The notes under the pieces are model-generated. The model made no database searches. It was given only the letters and a program-made list of their open reading frames with translations, and was not told the origin of the DNA. This document shows, piece by piece, positions 41,144-50,251 of a stretch of DNA of 64,000 nucleotides. The position numbers and the translations under genes are program-made. This DNA is from Candidatus Zhuqueibacterota bacterium (lineage in GTDB: Bacteria; Zhuqueibacterota; Zhuqueibacteria; JANLFK01; Oleimicrobiaceae): positions 545 through 64,544 of the forward strand of contig JANLFK010000004.1 in the NCBI GenBank assembly GCA_024655945.1, in the 5' to 3' direction. How positions within the stretch are numbered: position 1 is the first letter of the stretch; each line of letters begins with the position of its first letter.

Positions 41144-41557
41144 ATGCATGAATGGGCTTTGGCAGAGGGGGTGGTGGCAACGGCGATCAAAGTAGCTGAG
41201 AGGGAGGGGCTGAGAGAGATCACCGAGATCAGGGTCAAGATTGGGGAATTGCAGCAGACGGACATGGAGGTCTTTGAGTTCGCACTCAAGGAAATTGTCC
41301 GTCTGCAGAGCGCTTTGCTCAGGCGGGCGCGCTTTCTCTTCGAGCATGAGCCGGCTGTGCTCAAGTGCCGGGTGTGCGGCACGGAGTGGGCGTTCAAAGA
41401 CGCGCTGAAGAAGCTGGACGAGGAACAGTCCGAGTCCATCCACTTCTTGCCAGAGACTGCTCACGTCTATGTGAGGTGCCCGAACTGCCATAGCCCGGAT
41501 TTCGAGGTCACCAAGGGACGCGGCGTGTGGCTGGAATCGATCAGCGGAGAGAAGTGA
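41144..41557 (+). CDS. hypA: Nickel metallochaperone HypA, long Thermococcales-like type
   Basis: MHEWALA, IGELQ, CRVC, a long insert (IHFLPE..H), CPNCHSPDFEV..GRGVWL. Confidence 0.9.
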   Translation: MHEWALAEGVVATAIKVAEREGLREITEIRVKIGELQQTDMEVFEFALKEIVRLQSALLRRARFLFEHEPAVLKCRVCGTEWAFKDALKKLDEEQSESIHFLPETAHVYVRCPNCHSPDFEVTKGRGVWLESISGEK

Positions 41558-41563
41558 GGCACT

Positions 41564-42313
41564 ATGGACCCGAGGCTTAGCATCATCGAAGAAAGGCTGA
41601 AGGACGTCAAGAGGGTCATCGCGGTCGCAGGGGGCAAGGGGGGGATTGGCAAGAGCTCGGTTTCTGCCACCCTTGCCATAGTGCTGGCACGTGCCGGACA
41701 CCGGGTGGGCCTGCTTGACCTGGATATCTGCGGGCCTTCTACCCACGTGATCTTGGGGATCAAGGGCGTCTATCCCACCGAGGACAAGGGAATTGTCCCG
41801 CCGCTCGTTCACGGCATCAGGTTCATGTCGATCATCTACTACGCCGGCGACAATCCCTCACCCATCAGGGGGGCCGACATCTCCAATCTCATCATCGAAC
41901 TGCTCACCATCACCCGCTGGGGCTCGTTGGACTTTCTGGTCATCGACATGCCCCCGGGCATCGGCGACCCCACGCTGGATGTCATCCGCTTCATGAAACG
42001 GGTGGAGTTTCTGGTGGTAACCACCCCATCGAAGGTCGCCATAGAAACGGTGAGGAAGCTGGTCAAAATGCTCGCCGAGTTAGGCATTCCCATTACCGGC
42101 CTGGTGGAGAACATGAAGATGCCGTCCTCTCTGGGGATTGGGCAGTCGTTGGAGCCGCTCGGCGTGCCCCTCCTCGGTGGAATAGCCTTCGATGAGGGTC
42201 TGGAGCAGGCAGTAGGAGACGTGGAGAAACTGGCGGAGAGTTGCTTTGCGCAAGAACTGACGGCCGCTTTGCGGCGCATAATCGACGAGAGAGGAGGAGA
42301 GAGCCATGTGTAG
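41564..42313 (+). CDS. Mrp/MinD-family ATPase; resembles the ATPase-type HypB of Thermococcales
   Basis: MDPR, GKGGIGKS, P.RG.DIS..IIELLTITRWG.LDFLVIDMPPG; no C-terminal CxxC after ENM; directly downstream of hypA. Confidence 0.8.
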   Translation: MDPRLSIIEERLKDVKRVIAVAGGKGGIGKSSVSATLAIVLARAGHRVGLLDLDICGPSTHVILGIKGVYPTEDKGIVPPLVHGIRFMSIIYYAGDNPSPIRGADISNLIIELLTITRWGSLDFLVIDMPPGIGDPTLDVIRFMKRVEFLVVTTPSKVAIETVRKLVKMLAELGIPITGLVENMKMPSSLGIGQSLEPLGVPLLGGIAFDEGLEQAVGDVEKLAESCFAQELTAALRRIIDERGGESHV

Positions 42314-42497
42314 ACCTTTCGGACCTCACTTTCACGGCGGGCACCCGATGATGGGGTGCTGCTGCGGGCCATGGGGCTGGCATAGGCCCAGCAAAGAGGA
42401 ACAGCTCGAGTGGCTAAAGTCCTACAAGGAGGAACTGGAAAGAGAGCTGTCTGAGCTGGAAAGAAGAATGGCACAGATGAGGGAAGAGAAGGAGTGA
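42306..42497 (+). CDS. Small His/Cys-rich peptide with a C-terminal coiled coil (DUF5320-like)
   Basis: RBS GGAGGAG; MCRPFGPHFHGGHPMMGCCCGPWGWHRP followed by heptads SKEEQLEWLKSYKEELERELSELERRM. Confidence 0.75.
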   Translation: MCRPFGPHFHGGHPMMGCCCGPWGWHRPSKEEQLEWLKSYKEELERELSELERRMAQMREEKE

Positions 42498-42599
42498 AGC
42501 CGGAGTGAGTTTCCTCGGAGAAGGACAAGAGTGAGCAACCAGGGCGAGCAAGCTGACGCGGAAGGTGAACCTTCAAGATCAAGAAAGGAGGTGCGCACC

Positions 42600-44057
42600 A
42601 TGGCTTGGCGAAAGCTTGATGCCGTATGGACCAAGTGCCTGGTCGGATTCTTGGACGCGGGTGTCAAGAGCCCCGCATTGCGGCAAATGGCCTTGAGGAA
42701 GGCTGAGCAAAGCCTGTACCACCACTTTGTGATTCTCAATCCAGGCAACTCACCGCGGCGCTGTCAAGAGGACAAGTTTCAGCTCGTGAGCAATATGTTC
42801 GGCGCCATCGACCGGGCGCTCACGAGTGGCCGCATCTCACGACCGGTGCGCCACGCACTATTAAGAATCCTGGTCGGCAAGGTGCTGATGGGCGAGAAAA
42901 CTCGACATGCCCTCTTTGTGGAGAAGTACGGCTTTGCCCCACCCGGCTTTGTCACCATCAGCCCGGCAAAGCAGTGTAATCTCTATTGCGAGGGGTGTTA
43001 TGCCGGTAGTACCACCGCCAAAGTGAACCTCGACTATGACATCGTCAACCGCGTCGTGAATGAGACGCGCCAGAGCTGGGGCTCGCACTTTGTGGTCATC
43101 TCCGGTGGCGAGCCGCTGATGTGGCATAGCCGGGGCAAGGGCATCATGGACCTCCTTGAGGAAAACCCAGACACTTACTTCATGATGTACACTAACGCGA
43201 CGCTCATCGATGAGAAAATGGCCGCTCGCATGGCGCAGACCGGCAACGTCACCCCGGCCATTTCCGTGGAAGGATTCGAAGCAGAGACCGACCGGCGGCG
43301 CGGGAAGGGCGTATTCGGCCGCATTCTCAACGCAATGGAAAATCTGCGGGAGGCCAGAGTGCCCTTCGGTATATCGGCCACAGCCACCAGGGAAAACGCC
43401 GAACTGCTGGTGAGCGACCGTTTCGTGGACTTTTACTTCGAGGAGCAAGGGGCCATTTACGGCTGGATTTTTCAGTATATGCCTATCGGCCGCAGTTACA
43501 CCCTGGAGCGCATGATTACCCCGGAGCAGCGTCTCATGATGTACCAGCGAGAGCAGGCTCTGGTCTATGAGCGCAAACTCTTCCTGGCGGATTTCTGGAA
43601 CAGCGGCCCGGTGGCCAACGGCTGCATTGCTGCAGCGCGCCCAGGCGGGTACTTGTACATCGATTGGAACGGCAAGGTCTCTCCCTGCGTCTTTTTCCCT
43701 TACTCCACGCATAACATCGTCGAGGTCTATGAGGCCGGAGGCGACTTGAATACGGTCATTACCTCGCCCTTTTTTGAGGCCATTCGCAAGTGGCAGCGGG
43801 GCTACGGCTACGGTCAACCGCCCGAGCGGGTGCAGAATGAGATCACGCCCTGCGCCATTCGCGACCACTACCGAGTGGCACGCGGCGTGGTGAAGCGCTT
43901 TGCCGCCAAGCCCATTGACGAGGATGCGGCCGAGGCGATACGGGACGAGCGATATTTTCAAGAACTGGTGGCTTATGGGGAGAAAGTGAACGAGCTCACA
44001 AGCCCCATCTGGGAGGCAGAATATGTGGGGCCTGAGCGGCGGCGTGTCGCCGCCTGA
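42600..44057 (+). CDS. Radical SAM enzyme with a SPASM/twitch-like C-terminal region
   Basis: CNLYCEGC, SGGEP, YTN, GCIAA..GGYLYIDWNGKVSPCVF, PCAIRDH; RBS AAGGAGG. Confidence 0.92.
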   Translation: MAWRKLDAVWTKCLVGFLDAGVKSPALRQMALRKAEQSLYHHFVILNPGNSPRRCQEDKFQLVSNMFGAIDRALTSGRISRPVRHALLRILVGKVLMGEKTRHALFVEKYGFAPPGFVTISPAKQCNLYCEGCYAGSTTAKVNLDYDIVNRVVNETRQSWGSHFVVISGGEPLMWHSRGKGIMDLLEENPDTYFMMYTNATLIDEKMAARMAQTGNVTPAISVEGFEAETDRRRGKGVFGRILNAMENLREARVPFGISATATRENAELLVSDRFVDFYFEEQGAIYGWIFQYMPIGRSYTLERMITPEQRLMMYQREQALVYERKLFLADFWNSGPVANGCIAAARPGGYLYIDWNGKVSPCVFFPYSTHNIVEVYEAGGDLNTVITSPFFEAIRKWQRGYGYGQPPERVQNEITPCAIRDHYRVARGVVKRFAAKPIDEDAAEAIRDERYFQELVAYGEKVNELTSPIWEAEYVGPERRRVAA

Positions 44058-44258
44058 GGCCTGTGTGCACAACAGGGAGTTTCGACGGCGAGACCACGAT
44101 GTGGTATCGGTGGGCAGGAGCGCGCGTCTGGGCTGACGATTTTTGGTACAGGCGTGAGAGCGGGCTTGCAGGCGTGGCGAGTCCGAATGGCGGACAAAAT
44201 GTTTGCTTCCCGGAGCTGGACAGCTTGGCGCTGTGGCGAGATTCGGACGGGAACAAGG

Positions 44259-44447
44259 GTGCGAAGGCCTTTCGAGCCTCCCTTTCCCGGTGGCCATCCG
44301 ATAATGGGGTGGTGCTGCGGCCCACGAGGCTAGCATAGCCCCAGCAAAGAGGAAGAACGGGAGTGGTTAGAGTCCTACAAGGAGGAGACGGAGAGCGAGC
44401 TGTCTGAGCTCGAACCAAGAATGGCAAAGGAGGAGAGAAGAAGTTAG
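44259..44447 (+). pseudogene. Diverged second copy of the 42306-42497 peptide gene, with an internal TAG
   Basis: Translates as VRRPFEPPFPGGHPIMGWCCGPRG*HSPSKEEEREWLESYKEETESELSELEPRM; the TAG at 44331 aligns to Trp (TGG) in the first copy. Confidence 0.85.
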
Positions 44448-44630
44448 GGTCATGACTCGCCTGGAGAACGTGGAAGGTGGGGAGTCACAGCGAGAGGGCT
44501 ACGCGGAGGAGCTGGCTGTCAGTCCGTTGACCCCCGAGGGCAGCCGCGCCTAGTATCTGGACTTAAAGCGGGGGCCGCAGACAGGTGCCCCGCTCGCGTA
44601 GTGTGTCCAACAAGATAGGGGGAGGTGGAA

Positions 44631-45298
44631 ATGGCAAGGAAAGAAGTCTGCTGAGAACTTTCGGCCCTGTTACGGCCGAAAACCTATCCCTTTGGGGTCA
44701 AGTTTTCTGATAACACCAGTGAACGTCCTCAAGGAACCATGCGGCCGAGACATCCGATGAATACCTGCCAGATTACAGCCATTGTGCGGTACTACGCCCG
44801 ACCGATGTATTCTACGGCAGAAGATATGGCCTGCATTGTGGGTGGGGTTACTCTGGGGCTGATTCCTGAGACGGAAAACATGAAGAACGGGGAAATTGCC
44901 AAAATGCTGCATGCGGACCTGGAATCGGCGCGGGAATTCACCAGCAGAGTAGCCAAAATTCCTTACGGGAAGTTTAGGGCGGTGGCGGTGGCACCTATGT
45001 CAAAGTTGAACTTTGAACCGGATATTGTCGTCACGTATGGCAATACCGCGCAGGTGATGCGGGTCATCCAGGGCTATCTCTACAAACGTGGCGGTCGGGT
45101 TGCATTTTCCACTGGGGGGAGTGGAGCCTGTGTGCCGATAGTATCGCGCAGGCTTATGTCGATGATGATATTGCCTTGGGTCTGCCGTGTTTCGGCGACC
45201 GCAAAACCGCACTGGCCCACGAAGATGAGGTCACCGTCGCTTTCCCCTATCACTTGTACGAGGAGATACTGGACGGGATGAAGGCCACCGCCGAGGTG
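44631..45298 (+). pseudogene. DUF169 family protein, multiply frameshifted and 3'-truncated
   Basis: RBS GGAGG and ATG 44631; pieces PFGVKF, CQ..., C.VGG..LG, EPDIVV.YGN.AQVMR and GLPCFGDR lie in different frames; promoter-like TTGACC-17-TAGTAT near 44527. Confidence 0.7.
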
Positions 45299-45299
45299 G

Positions 45300-45677
45300 C
45301 TGCCGGTTTGCGCCAAAGAAGCCGAGAATCTAGACATTATCCTGGCCTGCGATGGGGCGGCCAGTGTGGGCCAGGTGGGGCACGCGGTGGCCGTTGAACT
45401 AACCAATTCCAAGGAAGCGGCTCGTATGTGCTGCATCACGGCCGTAGCCGCCGAGTCGAAGGCACACGTTGATGTCGCCAGGCGGGCCAGGAAGCTCGTC
45501 GTCATCAACGGCTGCGCCAATCGCTGTGCCAGCAAGGTGCTGGAGAGGCTGGACATCCCTTACGATTACGAGACGGTCATTGCCAAGGAGGGAGTAAGCA
45601 AGGTGCCGACCCTTGACTTCGACAAGAAGGACGTGCAACGCATTGCGGAGAAGATCGCCAAGGAGGCGCTCGGCTAA
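45300..45677 (+). CDS. DGC-domain putative zinc-binding protein, native 5' end apparently lost
   Basis: ACDGAASVGQ, MCC, INGCANRCA; no start codon upstream of LPVCAKE (in-frame TGA at 45279). Confidence 0.7.
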   Translation: MPVCAKEAENLDIILACDGAASVGQVGHAVAVELTNSKEAARMCCITAVAAESKAHVDVARRARKLVVINGCANRCASKVLERLDIPYDYETVIAKEGVSKVPTLDFDKKDVQRIAEKIAKEALG

Positions 45678-45772
45678 CGGGCTGTGGGAAAGCGGTCTTG
45701 TTCGAGGAAGCACTGGGGACACGATGTGGCTTCAAGATTCCTTATGGGAGTAAAGAGAAGGAGAAGAACAGA

Positions 45773-46177
45773 ATGAAAATCGCCGCCGTCTCTGAAGATG
45801 GCGTGACCATCAGCCAGCACTTTGGTCGGGCGCCGTTCTACGTGGTTGTTACCGTGGAGAACGGCCAGATCGTGGGCCGGGAGACACGCGACAAGATGGG
45901 TCATGCCCAATTTGCCAGAGAGCCACATACGCGAGGGGCCCATGGGAGCGACTCGCACGGCCACGGCTTTGACGCGGCCGCTCAGAGCCGTCACGCCCGC
46001 ATGGCCGCCGCCATTGCCGATTGCGACATCCTGCTGGCGCGCGGCGTGGGCGCCGGCGCCTACGAGAACATGAAGCAGGCCGGCGTTCGCCCCATTGTCA
46101 CCGACATTGCAAAAATCGAAGCGGCCGCCCTTGCCGCCCGCGGCGAGTTGATCGACCACGCAGAGCGCCTGCATTGA
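45773..46177 (+). CDS. NifB/NifX (dinitrogenase FeMo-cofactor) family protein with a His-rich insert
   Basis: MKIAAVSEDG.TISQHFGRAPFY; HTRGAHGSDSHGH; DCDILLARG.G.GA. Confidence 0.88.
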   Translation: MKIAAVSEDGVTISQHFGRAPFYVVVTVENGQIVGRETRDKMGHAQFAREPHTRGAHGSDSHGHGFDAAAQSRHARMAAAIADCDILLARGVGAGAYENMKQAGVRPIVTDIAKIEAAALAARGELIDHAERLH

Positions 46178-46179
46178 GC

Positions 46180-46460
46180 GGCAAGCCCAGCATCAAAGTC
46201 CTCGGCGCGAACTGCGGCGCCTGCCGCGCGGTGAGCATAGGCTCGATGGTATAAACGAAACAAGATTTGTTCTTGAGGCTACCCCGGGCGGGCTGCATCC
46301 CGTGTGCATTGGCATTGCCGCTGTGAAGGCTACGGCCGGCTCCATTGTTGGCTCGAAACTAAGGGAGACGAAGCTGCCGAGCGGGCAGCTCAAGAGGGCC
46401 ATCGGCGTTTTGCGGTGGCTGATCGTCGCCAAGATGATTTTCGATTTGCTGAAACAAGAG
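46180..46460 (+). pseudogene. Fused relics: an MTH895-type thioredoxin start and a TauE/SafE C-terminus
   Basis: SIKVLGANCGACRA; GSIVGSKL..TKLPSGQLKRAIGVL..LIVAKMIFDLLK. Confidence 0.5.
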
Positions 46461-46467
46461 GTGCAAA

Positions 46468-47029
46468 GTGCTCAAGGCATTGCAGAAAACCGCAAAGGTG
46501 GTCGAAGGCAACCTGGTGGTGTTCGTGTTGCTCGCCATCGTGGCAGGCGTGGCCTTCGGCTGGAAGTTCCCGGCTGCGGCCAAGGGACTCAAATCGTACA
46601 CCACGCTGACCCTCTTCATCATGCTCTACCCGATGATGATCGGCCTGCGCATCGAAGAGGTGGGCAAGGCAGTGATGAACCTGAAACTGATCAGCCTGTT
46701 CATGCTGTTGAACTTTCTTCTCGCCTCTGCTGGCGGCGGGACTGGCGTATCTGTTCCTGCATAGCCGCCCCGATTTCGCCGTCGGCCTGATCCTGACCGG
46801 CACCGTTCCCTGCGCGGACATGGTTGCCGGTTGGACGGGCTACGCCAAAGGCAACGTGGCGCTGGCGCTGGCGACCATCTTCTTCGGCCCGCTGACGGTG
46901 CTGGTGCTGGCGCTCAAGCCGGTCATCCAGATCACCTTCATGGCCACCTTCCTGCGGATTTCAGGCCGGCTGACGAAGTGGTTTGCCCCCACGCCGCAGC
47001 TGCATAAAATGGCGGTGGAAGCGAAGTAA
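46468..47029 (+). pseudogene. Acr3/bile-acid:Na symporter-like gene, frameshifted and internally deleted
   Basis: MLYPMM, LNFLL.P, G.IL.G.VPC..MV..WTG.AKGNV.LAL, then a direct jump to C-terminal helices. Confidence 0.7.
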
Positions 47030-47074
47030 TCCCTCGCGGTCTGGAAAAATCACAAAATTGCGAAAGGAGATGCA

Positions 47075-47422
47075 ATGAAATCTGAAACCCCAAACGAAAT
47101 CGGCGAAAGCCTGACTGCCTTTGCAGAAGAATTCGGCAAGGTGTTGGACCCGGTCGCTTTCTTGCAAGAGCGGAACCCGGCGCTGTGCGCTGCTTTCCTG
47201 CGCCTGCACGAGCTGACGCTGAACGATGGCGCGGTCTCGAAGAAACACAAGTTCCTGATCCACGCCGCGATCACTGCGGCCCAGCACGATCGTGAGGCGA
47301 CCGTCATGCATATCACCGGCGCGCAGGAGTTGCTGGAGACGGCCTTTACCATCATCCCGGTGGCCGGGATGCCGGCTTTTGCCGTTTTCCTGAGCGCCTG
47401 GAAACAGGCACGGCAAAGTTAA
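47075..47422 (+). CDS. Carboxymuconolactone decarboxylase/AhpD-like protein (possibly with a small deletion)
   Basis: DGAVSKKHKFLI..AI; H...A..ELLET....AGMPA. Confidence 0.65.
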   Translation: MKSETPNEIGESLTAFAEEFGKVLDPVAFLQERNPALCAAFLRLHELTLNDGAVSKKHKFLIHAAITAAQHDREATVMHITGAQELLETAFTIIPVAGMPAFAVFLSAWKQARQS

Positions 47423-47435
47423 GGAGAAAACGCAG

Positions 47436-48509
47436 GTGACTACAGAAAAGCAGATCATAGAAGCATTGGCCGGGGTCCTGGACCCCGAATTGCACCGCAG
47501 CCTGGTGGAGCTGGGCATGGTGCGCGACGTACGCGTGCAGGCCGACGAGGTGTCCTTCACCCTGGCGTTGACCGTTCCCGAATGTCCGCTGAAAGACCAG
47601 ATCGTGGCCGAAGCCAGGGCGGCCGTGCTGGCCCTGGACGGCGTCCAGGAGGTGCAAATTGACCTGACCGAGATGGCCCCCGAGGAAAAGCAAACGATCG
47701 GCCTCGGAGGAGCAGGGCAGGCGGGTACGGCGGAACGGTTCAACCACATCCGGCATGTCGTGGCGGTGGTGAGCGGCAAGGGCGGCGTCGGCAAGTCGTT
47801 CGTCAGCGCGCTGCTGGCCGTGGCCCTTCGGCGAGACGGCCAGACGGTCGGCGTGCTGGACGCCGACGTCACCGGTCCCAGCATCCCCAAGATGTTCGGG
47901 CTTCACGGCGCGCCGCCGATGAGCCCCCTCGGCATCCTGCCCGCCCAGACCCAGACCGGCATCAAGGTCATGTCCATCAACCTGCTCCTGCCCAGCGAGG
48001 ACGAGGCTGTCATCTGGCGCGGACCGCTCATCAGTTCCGCCATCAAGCAGTTCTGGGGCGAGGTCGTCTGGGGCAACCTGGACTGGCTGGTGGTAGACCT
48101 GCCGCCCGGCACCTCCGACGCCGCGCTGACGGTGATGCAATCGTTGCCGCTCTCCGGGGTGTTGTTGGTCAGTTCGCCCCAGGACCTGGCCGAGATGGTG
48201 GTGCGCAAGGCGGCCCGCATGGCGCGGACGATGCAGGTTCCTCTACTGGGGTTGGTTGAGAACATGAGCTACTTCGTCTGTCCGGAGGGCGGCCGACGAT
48301 ACGAGGTCTTCGGCCCCAGCCACGGCGAGGAGATGGCCCGTCGGCTGGGAGTGCCCTTCCTGGGCCGGCTGCCCCTGGACCCGCGTATTGCCGCGTTGTG
48401 CGATGCGGGAAAGGCCGAGGAATATCCGGCAGAGGCATTTGCCCCAATCGCTCACCAGCTACAGGAGGCAGCGACTGAACCCCGCCGGTCCCCCATGCAA
48501 CCGAAGTGA
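47436..48509 (+). CDS. mrp: Mrp/NBP35 (ApbC) Fe-S carrier ATPase with an N-terminal DUF59 domain
   Basis: V.DPEL..SLVELGMV..T..ECP; SGKGGVGKS, WRGP, DLPPGTSD, ENMSYFVCP. Confidence 0.9.
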   Translation: MTTEKQIIEALAGVLDPELHRSLVELGMVRDVRVQADEVSFTLALTVPECPLKDQIVAEARAAVLALDGVQEVQIDLTEMAPEEKQTIGLGGAGQAGTAERFNHIRHVVAVVSGKGGVGKSFVSALLAVALRRDGQTVGVLDADVTGPSIPKMFGLHGAPPMSPLGILPAQTQTGIKVMSINLLLPSEDEAVIWRGPLISSAIKQFWGEVVWGNLDWLVVDLPPGTSDAALTVMQSLPLSGVLLVSSPQDLAEMVVRKAARMARTMQVPLLGLVENMSYFVCPEGGRRYEVFGPSHGEEMARRLGVPFLGRLPLDPRIAALCDAGKAEEYPAEAFAPIAHQLQEAATEPRRSPMQPK

Positions 48510-48525
48510 TCGAGAGGTGGGCAAA

Positions 48526-48951
48526 ATGGAGCCACAGAAGGAGAAAGCACCGTTGCCCAAAGTGGGGCTCTTCGCCCGCTCCAGCGGCGGCTCCAACACT
48601 GGCTCGCTGACCGGCCTGGCGGCCCTGGAGGTGGTGCGACGCCTGGGCAGCGAGACGGTCGGCATCTGCTCATTGCCGGCGACCCAGAATGACGTGCCCC
48701 GGCAATCCGCCCTGGTGAGCAAGATCGAAAAGATCGTCGTGATAGACGGTTGCCACAACGAGTGTGTCCGTCAGTTGCTGGCCGGGGTCGGCATCCAGCC
48801 CGACGTGTACCTGAACCTGGAAACGGAGCCGAATCTGACCAAGCAAGGGCCTTTCAGCAGTCTGGCGTTCACCGATGATCCAGTGAAGCGGGTGGCCCAA
48901 AGGATCATCGGCTGTGTCCAACACGTGCTTAAGTCGGGCAATTCTTTGTGA
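48526..48951 (+). CDS. DGC-domain putative zinc-binding protein (first Cys apparently lost)
   Basis: FARSSGGSNTG, GICSL, IDGCHNECV. Confidence 0.75.
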   Translation: MEPQKEKAPLPKVGLFARSSGGSNTGSLTGLAALEVVRRLGSETVGICSLPATQNDVPRQSALVSKIEKIVVIDGCHNECVRQLLAGVGIQPDVYLNLETEPNLTKQGPFSSLAFTDDPVKRVAQRIIGCVQHVLKSGNSL

Positions 48952-48991
48952 GAAGGCAAGCAACGGGCAAAGTAGCCATGGAGGACGCGAT

Positions 48992-49195
48992 ATGCCAACC
49001 TATGAATTCAAATGTCTGGATTGTGGGCACCAGTTTGAGGTTTTTGCCCCGATCAGCCAGAAGGAAAGGGGCCTGGAACTACACTGCCCCAAATGCGGTA
49101 GCGAAAAGATGGGCGAGATCTTCGGTAGCCTTATCTTTGTGCACAAGACCGGCGACGTCGTGCCATCCGGCGGCAGCTGCTGCTCACGGCGATGA
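48992..49195 (+). CDS. FmdB-family zinc-ribbon protein
   Basis: MPTYEFKCLDCG..FE...CPKCGS...GGSCC; RBS GGAGG. Confidence 0.88.
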   Translation: MPTYEFKCLDCGHQFEVFAPISQKERGLELHCPKCGSEKMGEIFGSLIFVHKTGDVVPSGGSCCSRR

Positions 49196-49304
49196 GATGA
49201 CGCCAAGCTGGCCAGTTTGCTGAGGGTGTCCTGGCACAGCGAAAAGCGATGGCCTGGTGGAGGTACCAGGGAGTGGACACGTGCACTGAGCCGAGGAGGT
49301 ATCG

Positions 49305-50098
49305 AAGGGAGCGGAAAAAACTCTTGGCTTCATCGGTGGCGGACGGGTGACCCGGCTAGTGCTGGAGGGTCTGTGCCGGGCCGAGGGCCTGCCAAAACAA
49401 CTCCTGGTCTACGACCCGGAAGCGAACAATCTCGAAAGACTATCGACCATCGTAGGCGACCGCCCGACCGAAGCGGACTTGCATCGGGCCGTCGCCGAGG
49501 TGGCCGATCTGATGTTTCTGGCCGTGCACCCACCGGTGGCGGTTGAGGTGTGCGAGCAGATCAAACCCGCGTTGAAAAGAGACGCGACCATCATCTCGTT
49601 GATCCCCACCATCACGCTCCGCCGCCTATCCGAGATGCTCAACGGCTTCAATCGCATCGTGCGCATGACCCCAACGCGCCGTCGGTGACCGGCAGGGGTT
49701 ACAATCCGGTTGTCTATTCGGATTCTCTCACGGCGGCTGACCGCTCATCGCTCGTGAGCCTGTGCCGGTGCTGGGGCCAATCGCCTGAAGTGCGCGAGGA
49801 GCACCTGGAGGCCTACGCTATCCTCACCGGCATGGGGCCCACCTACTTCTGGTTCCAGTGGCCGGAGCTGGAGCGATTAGGGAGGGAGTTCGGTTTGAGG
49901 CAGTCCGAAGCTCTGCAGGCAGTGGCGGCCATGCTGCATGGCGCGCTGGATGCGCTGTTTCACTCCGGACTGCCGGCCGAACAAGTGCTGGATTTGATTC
50001 CCGTTTACCCGTTGAAAAACGATGAAGAAGCCATCCGGCATATCTTCCGAGATCGGTTAGTCGCTCTGTACCAGAAGCTGAAGGCAGCGACTCGGTGA
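49305..50098 (+). pseudogene. Pyrroline-5-carboxylate reductase-like gene with a lost start and a frameshift
   Basis: RBS AGGAGGT then AAG where ATG is expected; LGFIGGGR; frameshift in the RM.PNAP motif near 49670; TGMGPTYF. Confidence 0.75.
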
Positions 50099-50251
50099 CA
50101 TCCTTTGCGAAAAGAGGGGTCCACAGGAGAGGAGGAAATTGGACAAGGCGACTGGGTTCGGTGTGCACCAGGGTGCAGTTGGCCCCTGTTGACTGCAAGA
50201 CAGTAATGGTTCCTCTTGCGAATCGATTCTCCAATTACCGAGGAGGCCATA

